From: a virus
Taxonomy: Duplodnaviria > Heunggongvirae > Uroviricota > Caudoviricetes
Reading direction: 5' to 3' (one strand)
IMG/VR virus record: IMGVR_UViG_3300046522_000173
Span: 1 to 20,273 of that record
DNA: 20,273 nucleotides
The translations under genes were made by a program, and so were the position numbers. Of this stretch, positions 13,939 to 20,273 are shown in pieces. Each line of letters begins with the position of its first letter. Position 1 is the stretch's first letter. The notes under the pieces were generated by a model. That model was not told where the DNA came from. It was given only the letters and a program-made list of their open reading frames with translations, and did no database searches.

Positions 13939-16900
13939 CACCACACCCCCATTCGTACACGCAAATTGCCGCCCGAATCAAACACCTGTATCAAACTAGA
14001 GCTGATTACAGTCCTTGCTCCACTTGTGGCAGATTGGATGGTGGTGCTTCCATCAGACGCAACAATGAACTTACTGTTGATGTTGATAGACCCCGCAGTA
14101 ATCGCTCCAAGGTTAGAGTTCAAGGATGACAAACTATTAGTGGAAGTTGTCCCCGCAGCCAGAGTCCCTGCAAAGCTGCCCGTAGCAGCACTCAACGTTC
14201 CCGCAAACGTTGCCGTACCATCTGCCGCAATAGCAAACGTTGTAACGCCAGCCTTCTTGCCAACCAATCCTCCGCTGCCGTAGTAGACGCCATTAGTCGT
14301 GTTACCAACGAGGAGTGCTTGAGAGGATTGCAGAACGAGCGAGCCTGATATGATATCGTTGCCGGATTTGGTGAGCTTGTCGGAGAGGGAGGTGTTGATT
14401 CCTGGGATGGCGTCTGCTGCACCTTTACCTGCTGCTGCGTTGGATGCTACGACGGATGCTTCAGTGCCGCCTACAGTGGTGCCAGCAGGAGCGCCGACAG
14501 TGGCGTTGTCCTGCGGTTTGCCACTACCGCCGATGCTCTCCCAAGCATTACTCGACATCGGCCCGAAGCGGATGCCGGAGAGTGCTGCACCTGTTGTAGC
14601 GAAGGAGCTATCAAAGAAGAGTACTTGACCAACAACCTTGGACTGCCACGACGCTGACGTGTAGAATACATCGCCGTCTTTAAGGTATTTGACAGACGAC
14701 CCGTCGTAGACGATGGCGAACACGTTGCCAACCTCATAAGCACCGAACGAGGCTGGGTTACTGTTAAACTCAAACACTCGCACGATGCCCGCGCCGGCAT
14801 CAAGATAAATGGCGTAGTCGAGTGTTTGGTACCCTACACTAGAGCTGGCATCACCGTTCAAGGCCAACATCACCGACCCTGTTGTATTGACAACTACTGC
14901 TGAAGCATACGCGCCGCCGGTGAAACTGTCCCTGCTATAAACAGATGAATCCCAAGACCCGTCGCTACCGCCAGTCTTGACTGCGGAGTTACCTCTAACG
15001 GTGACATTGGTCCCAACCAGCACAACGTCGGACGATGCGTTATCGGCAGGCCTTCCTGTGCCGGACACATCAACCCACTGCTGCTGGCTATTCAGTGTCC
15101 CTGTCGCCGCGTAAGCAGCATTAAGCGGAACACTGGACGCAAGAATCACTGTACCGTCAGCGGCACGCATCTCCGCATCGCCCATAATCACTTTACCATT
15201 GACATCTACAGAGAACTTACCATTAGCGCTACTAATCGTGCCCCCGACCGTCAGCGAGCCTGTATTCGTACTTACAGCCGACAAGCTACCAACACGCAAG
15301 CTTGCCAAGAACGGCGCACCCCACGTAGTTTTATTCGTGGTAGCATTAAAGATGCCATTACTCTGGAACAGGCTCTGTCCAGCAGTAGGTACACCCGGTG
15401 TAGCAGACCATGCACGAGTTTCTCCCCAAGTACCTGTCGTTGGGAGTGCTGTACCATCCACTGTTACAGATGCTGGCGTGCTATTGAGCGTGTTGCCGTC
15501 AATTACCGAATAAGCGAATACAGCAGAATTTCCCGATGTTCCTTGAGCACCTGCTGTAGACATGTACGCCACACCCACAATAGTGGCAGTAGTCCAATCA
15601 ACCGTGCTAGTTGCTGCACCAGATGATTCTACGATGCTCACACCAGCTTCGTACATCGTGTAACCTAGCGCCGGGGCATTCGTCTTATTCTTAGTCCATC
15701 CAGAAGGTGGATTGTCGTAATCGTTTTGTGCCCAAGTAAATATTGCGGAACCAACTGCCGTAGGCGCAGGCCCATTCGCCCATTGGTAAGCTGTGACAAC
15801 CTTACTCTTGATGCCAGGGGCACCATTAGCGCCGTTGATGGCGTAGGCGACCAACACAGCACCTGTCGTGTATGCTACAGTGCTTGTTGCTGTTCCTGCT
15901 GCCACTACCAACTGCTTGGACACAACCCACAATTGAATGCCTGCTGTGCCTGGATTGCCCCCTGCTGCTGCGGCACTAATGTACCAAGAATCTGTACCAG
16001 TGTAAGATGTGTTAGCGCCACTGGCCCACGTGAACTCAGACGTGCCTGTTGGCAAACTAGGCTGTGCTGTGGCCCACTTGAACAGGAAGGCTGTTGCTAC
16101 GGAGTTACCTGTAGAGCCTGCTGCACCTACTTTGGCCTTGGCAAGAGACAACACTTTCTGAATTGTCACGCCGCCATAAACAGCCTGCAATGTAGCTGTT
16201 GCTGCATCCGTACTCATTGCAGATACAGAGTAAGCGCCTGCTGTCGTAATCGCTACAGTGCATCCAGATTGATCTGCTACGGAATACGTTACTGAAGTGC
16301 CTGTTCTATCGGTGACGCCCTCAAACACTTTGAACGTACCTGCACCTTGCGAGAAATCCGTGACAACGCCTGCCGCCGTTGCAGCCAAAGTTGCTGACTC
16401 ATTTGTGAGGAAGCCTGTGATAGCGCTCACACCATTTGTACCACCAGTAACCTGCACAAGAGTCATTTCGTCTGTGTAGACAACACCTCCGATGGTCGCT
16501 TGTACGCGGAATGTGCGAGCATCTGTGAACGCGCTAGAAGCTACAGCATATGTTGCAGCCGTAGCTCCACTAATGCTAGTCCAAGCTGCACCGCTCCAAT
16601 ATTGCCATTGGTAGGTTGCTGTGCCGCCGTAAGGCGTTGCTGTGAGCGTGATAGACGTAGGAGCAAACGTTGCTGCGGAGGTGGCTCGGCTAAACACTTG
16701 AGACGTTGTAGAGACAACCACAAAGGTTGCTACACCGCTCGTACCGGAAGAGCCGTCAGCAACCTTTGTAATAACCTGTGACGTTATGTAGGTTTGTCCA
16801 TCGACAGTGAGCGTAGCAGTGATTGTTACACTGTCCAATTGCATGTCACTGAAAGCCAGAGTGCGAGTATTGCCCGTACCTGACAGTGTTCCACCACTCG

Positions 16901-17105
16901 TGATAGTGAAGGTGGCATCTCCACTAATACCGACAGGGATCGCTGTGAAAGTGATGGACTCTGGTGAGCCTACACCCAAACTAGACACATGGAAGATTGG
17001 TGTAGTGGTAGTGAGCGTGAGGTACTTGCCCGCTGTCGGGTCTGTATTACGTGTATCTGAATCTCGCAACAGAACGTCGCGATCATTGACTGCTGTGATT
17101 GTCAT
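13938..17105 (-). CDS. Central tail fibre / host-specificity protein with J-like C-terminus
   Basis: 1055 aa, Thr/Ala/Gly/Ser-rich, internal repeated modules. C-terminus SNLGAITAGSINI...GARTVISSSLIQVFDSGGNLRVRMGVW is characteristic of short J-type tip proteins. SD AAGGA. Confidence 0.75.
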   Translation of the reverse strand: MTITAVNDRDVLLRDSDTRNTDPTAGKYLTLTTTTPIFHVSSLGVGSPESITFTAIPVGISGDATFTITSGGTLSGTGNTRTLAFSDMQLDSVTITATLTVDGQTYITSQVITKVADGSSGTSGVATFVVVSTTSQVFSRATSAATFAPTSITLTATPYGGTATYQWQYWSGAAWTSISGATAATYAVASSAFTDARTFRVQATIGGVVYTDEMTLVQVTGGTNGVSAITGFLTNESATLAATAAGVVTDFSQGAGTFKVFEGVTDRTGTSVTYSVADQSGCTVAITTAGAYSVSAMSTDAATATLQAVYGGVTIQKVLSLAKAKVGAAGSTGNSVATAFLFKWATAQPSLPTGTSEFTWASGANTSYTGTDSWYISAAAAGGNPGTAGIQLWVVSKQLVVAAGTATSTVAYTTGAVLVAYAINGANGAPGIKSKVVTAYQWANGPAPTAVGSAIFTWAQNDYDNPPSGWTKNKTNAPALGYTMYEAGVSIVESSGAATSTVDWTTATIVGVAYMSTAGAQGTSGNSAVFAYSVIDGNTLNSTPASVTVDGTALPTTGTWGETRAWSATPGVPTAGQSLFQSNGIFNATTNKTTWGAPFLASLRVGSLSAVSTNTGSLTVGGTISSANGKFSVDVNGKVIMGDAEMRAADGTVILASSVPLNAAYAATGTLNSQQQWVDVSGTGRPADNASSDVVLVGTNVTVRGNSAVKTGGSDGSWDSSVYSRDSFTGGAYASAVVVNTTGSVMLALNGDASSSVGYQTLDYAIYLDAGAGIVRVFEFNSNPASFGAYEVGNVFAIVYDGSSVKYLKDGDVFYTSASWQSKVVGQVLFFDSSFATTGAALSGIRFGPMSSNAWESIGGSGKPQDNATVGAPAGTTVGGTEASVVASNAAAGKGAADAIPGINTSLSDKLTKSGNDIISGSLVLQSSQALLVGNTTNGVYYGSGGLVGKKAGVTTFAIAADGTATFAGTLSAATGSFAGTLAAGTTSTNSLSSLNSNLGAITAGSININSKFIVASDGSTTIQSATSGARTVISSSLIQVFDSGGNLRVRMGVW

Positions 17106-17117
17106 AAACTTTCCTTA

Positions 17118-18581
17118 TTAAACAAGCACAGCAATCGTCGCCCTTCCCGATAACCAATTGCGTGCAATAGAAATTACTAAGCCATACTTACCATTTGCTA
17201 GGCCATACCTTGTGTGTACCAGCTTTACAGCATCGCCAAGTTCAAGCGACGTAAGAAGCTCTGGTGTACCTTCAAACTGGAACACTGTGCGCGGGCTACT
17301 CCAGATGTCCACCCTACGTTGTGCCTCTGCTTGTGCGTCTGTGCGTGTCAGCAGCATCGTGTCCACTTGCACAGGAGCTTCGTTAAGCTTGTAAGCAGCG
17401 AGTGTGTCAACATCTGTAGCCGTCGCTGTCAGCCACTCTTCCGCAAACATGGCCTTGTGTGCAGCAGGCATTGTTGTTTGAAGGTCTGCTTGTACAGTCC
17501 AATTCTTATTGAATCCAAGCAGGACAGCACCCTTGACGTAGGGTCTATCAAGAATTTTCAGCGATTTCTCCACCATCATTGTGGAGTCAACAGTGATGTC
17601 AGCAGAAGTTGGAATCCTCACCTGGACAAGCCTAAGCTTACCAACGCGGGACATAACCATTCGTGCATCAACACTATTAGCCAATGCCTGACAAACCGTG
17701 ATAACATTCTCACGCCCGTTTGTTGGGTAGCCTACGGCTTGTGGAAAGCTCGTGTCAAACTGTGTGAAGTTGGCTGTGTCAATATCCGCGTCAGACAAGC
17801 GTGTAAGATCGCTGCCATATCCTGTCACAATACGCTTGATGATGCCAGCAACTGTATTTGTGTACGTCGGAGTGCAATCACCTTGAGCAGACACAGTGAT
17901 AACGCCCGCAGGATTACGATTCAGAGTGAAATGACCTGTGTCAGCATCAAGCGTAAATCCAACAGGGAGGCCATTGTCCCTCACTTCGATAATGCCGTTA
18001 ATCTTGTCATCGTGCACAGAATATTCCAGCAACCCTTCATCTCGAAGCTGAGGTGTTACATTGTGAGCTTCGCCAAACAGAAGATTAATAACATTATCTG
18101 CATCCGTGCCATCGCCACCAATCTTCTCGTCTGTGACAGGAGTGTTGAGCTGCTGACTCTTATCTTTCACAGAGAGTGTCAGCGTGTCAGCAGAAGTGCT
18201 ATTCAGCGTGTCAACAATACCATCAAACACAAGCTGGAAGTCTCCACGTGCCCAACGGGGATCACCAATGTAAGCCTTCACACTGCGGTTATCCCAAATC
18301 AAGTCAAGCCAGCCGTCACGTTCACCATTGTAATTGGCGATTGTTATCACGCCTGCCGACATACTGCCTTGCCCGTCTAGTTCAATCTTCTCTGTAATTT
18401 CCAAGCCAGAGATGATGATGGGGTCGTAATACTGGTTTGCTGGGCTGTCAGTGGGAGATGTCACGTAAGGCCTAGTGGATAAAAAGCGGGTTGTTTCCAA
18501 CCCACCTTCCATCACAGTGACTTCAACCAACACGTTTCTGACAGCAGCCGGGTCTTTAAACCAAGCCACATAGTCAATCAT
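17118..18581 (-). CDS. Putative tail-tip hub / baseplate-like protein
   Basis: 487 aa, directly after the tape measure gene. MIDYVAWFKDP...VLVEV start, and LLFGEAHNVTP and C-terminal LELGDAVKLVHTRYGL motifs typical of hub-like tail proteins. Confidence 0.55.
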   Translation of the reverse strand: MIDYVAWFKDPAAVRNVLVEVTVMEGGLETTRFLSTRPYVTSPTDSPANQYYDPIIISGLEITEKIELDGQGSMSAGVITIANYNGERDGWLDLIWDNRSVKAYIGDPRWARGDFQLVFDGIVDTLNSTSADTLTLSVKDKSQQLNTPVTDEKIGGDGTDADNVINLLFGEAHNVTPQLRDEGLLEYSVHDDKINGIIEVRDNGLPVGFTLDADTGHFTLNRNPAGVITVSAQGDCTPTYTNTVAGIIKRIVTGYGSDLTRLSDADIDTANFTQFDTSFPQAVGYPTNGRENVITVCQALANSVDARMVMSRVGKLRLVQVRIPTSADITVDSTMMVEKSLKILDRPYVKGAVLLGFNKNWTVQADLQTTMPAAHKAMFAEEWLTATATDVDTLAAYKLNEAPVQVDTMLLTRTDAQAEAQRRVDIWSSPRTVFQFEGTPELLTSLELGDAVKLVHTRYGLANGKYGLVISIARNWLSGRATIAVLV

Positions 18582-18586
18582 GAATA

Positions 18587-20272
18587 TTACCTTTCTACTA
18601 GGGCAGTGGATGCTGTTGTCGTTACAGTTGCCAAGGCCTCTGTCAACCCTGCAACAACAGTGTCAGCATTCTCCGCATTAGTGTTTACAGTTGCTGTGAT
18701 AAGCGCACTGAGAGTAGTTTTGATGGCTTCAAGTCCATTAGCAATCACAGAGATTTGCTCCGACGAGTCGCTGTTACTGCTCGAAGATGTCGAAACATCC
18801 GTTGCAGGGGTGACAGCGCTGAGGATGTCAGCAGCCGTAGCATTCAAGTTTTGCAGCTCATCGATTTGCTTCTGAGCGTCACTCACTTGGCCTGTTGCAT
18901 ACGTCTCCAGCAAGTCCATCTGTTGCTGCACCGAAGCGAATGCTGTGTCGTACGCGGAAGAACTTGCATACACTGTACGCATCGCTTCCAGGTAGCTTGA
19001 GGCTGCATCCGTCACTTTGCTCTGAGCATCCGTGTCACCGGACATAGCCTTCGCAAGAATGTCGTTGTAGTAGCTCTCTGTCTTTGCAACTTGCTCAGTG
19101 GGTGTCAGATTAGACAGGTCACTCGTGTACAAGGATTGCTTGAACTCTGCGATAGAATCAGCAAACTCCTGCATCGAATCAATCGTCTCTTGCAGAGCGT
19201 CCACAGTGGCTTGTGTAGCTTCGTCAGCAGCATCAGCAACTTGCCCAAAGCCTTCAGCAACATTCATGAGGCTGTTGAACAAAGCAATGTCCGCATCGTT
19301 CGTCAAGTCGAGGCCTTCTACGATGGACTTGAATTGCTCTTTAGTCGTAACACCAGCAAGGCCCAATGCGGACATTGCAGACTCTACAGACTTCTTCACC
19401 AGTGCAAGATTCTCGTCATCCGTAAGGATAGAACTCATGTATGTAGAAACACCAGAGGTGAGATTCTCTACGCTGCCGAACGAAGCAATCAGTTTCTCCG
19501 ATGTCGCAATGGAGGCGATTGCAGAAGGGAGGGTTTTACCCAACACTTCAAATACCTGCTGCACTTGGAGGAGGTCATTAGCTACGCGACTGATTGTTTC
19601 CAGCATCCCTTCGCCAACAGCTTGATATGTCTGCAATTCGCTGAAGGCAAACATCGCCATGTCGTCGCCAAGCTTGGAGAATACGGCGTTGATAGCAGCA
19701 GTGAGGTCATCCCCACTCAGTCCTTTCAAGCTCACTTCGCCTATGTCGATGACGAATTGCTGGAGGTGCTGAGTAAATGCGTCTCCGCTTACACCAAATA
19801 CATCTGCTGCACTCTCCAATACATTAGCCATGTTTTGAATGACTTTTGTGAATTGGTCATTAGCCGAAGCGCCCAACGAACTCAAAGCAGTGTCGTAGTC
19901 GTCGCTGCTGAACCATCCACCGTCGGTTTTCACTTCAGAATACTGACTAGCGTTGACACCACTCGAAAGAGTTTGACCGAGGGTCTTTGCGTTACCAAGC
20001 GTGAAGCCTGTGTCCACAACTTCAGTACTGCCACCAAAAATAGTGCCCATCACTTTGCCAACAAAACCCGTCAGCAATTTGGTGAATGTGTTATTAATGA
20101 TGAGGCCGTTGTCAAAGAAATCCTCTACCGAGCCGGAAGTCTTCCCTGCTGTCGTTCCAGTAATACCACTCACCTGGACAACTTGTGCAGCCAAACCTTC
20201 AATACTCGTAGACAGTGCATACATTGCGTTTAGCATCTGCTTATCTTGCACCAAACCTAAGCCAGAGTTCTT
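18587..20272 (-). CDS. Tail tape measure protein, C-terminal part (5'-partial)
   Basis: Frame is open to the right edge (KNSGLGLVQDK...). Long Ala/Ser/Thr-rich helical sequence without Cys clusters. Precedes the tail-tip genes. Confidence 0.8.
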   Translation of the reverse strand, partial: KNSGLGLVQDKQMLNAMYALSTSIEGLAAQVVQVSGITGTTAGKTSGSVEDFFDNGLIINNTFTKLLTGFVGKVMGTIFGGSTEVVDTGFTLGNAKTLGQTLSSGVNASQYSEVKTDGGWFSSDDYDTALSSLGASANDQFTKVIQNMANVLESAADVFGVSGDAFTQHLQQFVIDIGEVSLKGLSGDDLTAAINAVFSKLGDDMAMFAFSELQTYQAVGEGMLETISRVANDLLQVQQVFEVLGKTLPSAIASIATSEKLIASFGSVENLTSGVSTYMSSILTDDENLALVKKSVESAMSALGLAGVTTKEQFKSIVEGLDLTNDADIALFNSLMNVAEGFGQVADAADEATQATVDALQETIDSMQEFADSIAEFKQSLYTSDLSNLTPTEQVAKTESYYNDILAKAMSGDTDAQSKVTDAASSYLEAMRTVYASSSAYDTAFASVQQQMDLLETYATGQVSDAQKQIDELQNLNATAADILSAVTPATDVSTSSSSNSDSSEQISVIANGLEAIKTTLSALITATVNTNAENADTVVAGLTEALATVTTTASTALVER

Positions 20273-20273
20273 T

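Noticed and set aside
12938-17105. Diversity-generating retroelement or invertible cassette acting on the fibre/RBP
   Set aside because: No reverse transcriptase, recombinase, near-identical template/variable repeat pair or long inverted repeats were seen in this window.
17214-20233. Long + strand ORFs 17214-18380 and 19091-20233
   Set aside because: They are antisense shadows of the hub and tape-measure genes, with no SD, atypical His/Cys/Arg-rich composition and no motifs.
1-20273. tRNA, rRNA or CRISPR arrays
   Set aside because: No cloverleaf-like sequence or regularly spaced repeats were found by eye. The intergenic gaps are short and explained by promoters and terminators. A tRNAscan-SE or Infernal run would be decisive.

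Overview
This window is a fragment of a tailed dsDNA phage genome with a siphovirus-type tail. The host is probably a Gram-negative proteobacterium (inferred from the lipoprotein, sigma70 promoters and GH19 endolysin). There are two convergent blocks. The + strand (1-9058) carries early/middle genes: a 5'-truncated HTH-metallophosphoesterase, a free-standing HNH/AP2-type endonuclease, a MazG-like pyrophosphatase, class Ia ribonucleotide reductase (nrdA with a Gln-terminated LAGLIDADG intein at the catalytic Cys, nrdB, glutaredoxin), a five-gene small-ORF operon containing an Acb2 anti-CBASS homologue with an unusual insertion, and a separately promoted membrane protein. The - strand (20273-9212) carries late genes: tape-measure C-terminus, tail-tip proteins, a modular J-like central fibre, a putative receptor-binding pair, a DUF4376-like protein, a permuted papain-like amidase and a lysis cassette with a GH19 endolysin. 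A small + strand lipoprotein with its own promoter sits inside the tail block next to the putative receptor-binding gene (Cor/Llp-like layout). Three + strand promoters share a long inverted-repeat architecture. I found no tRNA, rRNA or CRISPR array. All family assignments are by motif recognition from memory, not database searches.
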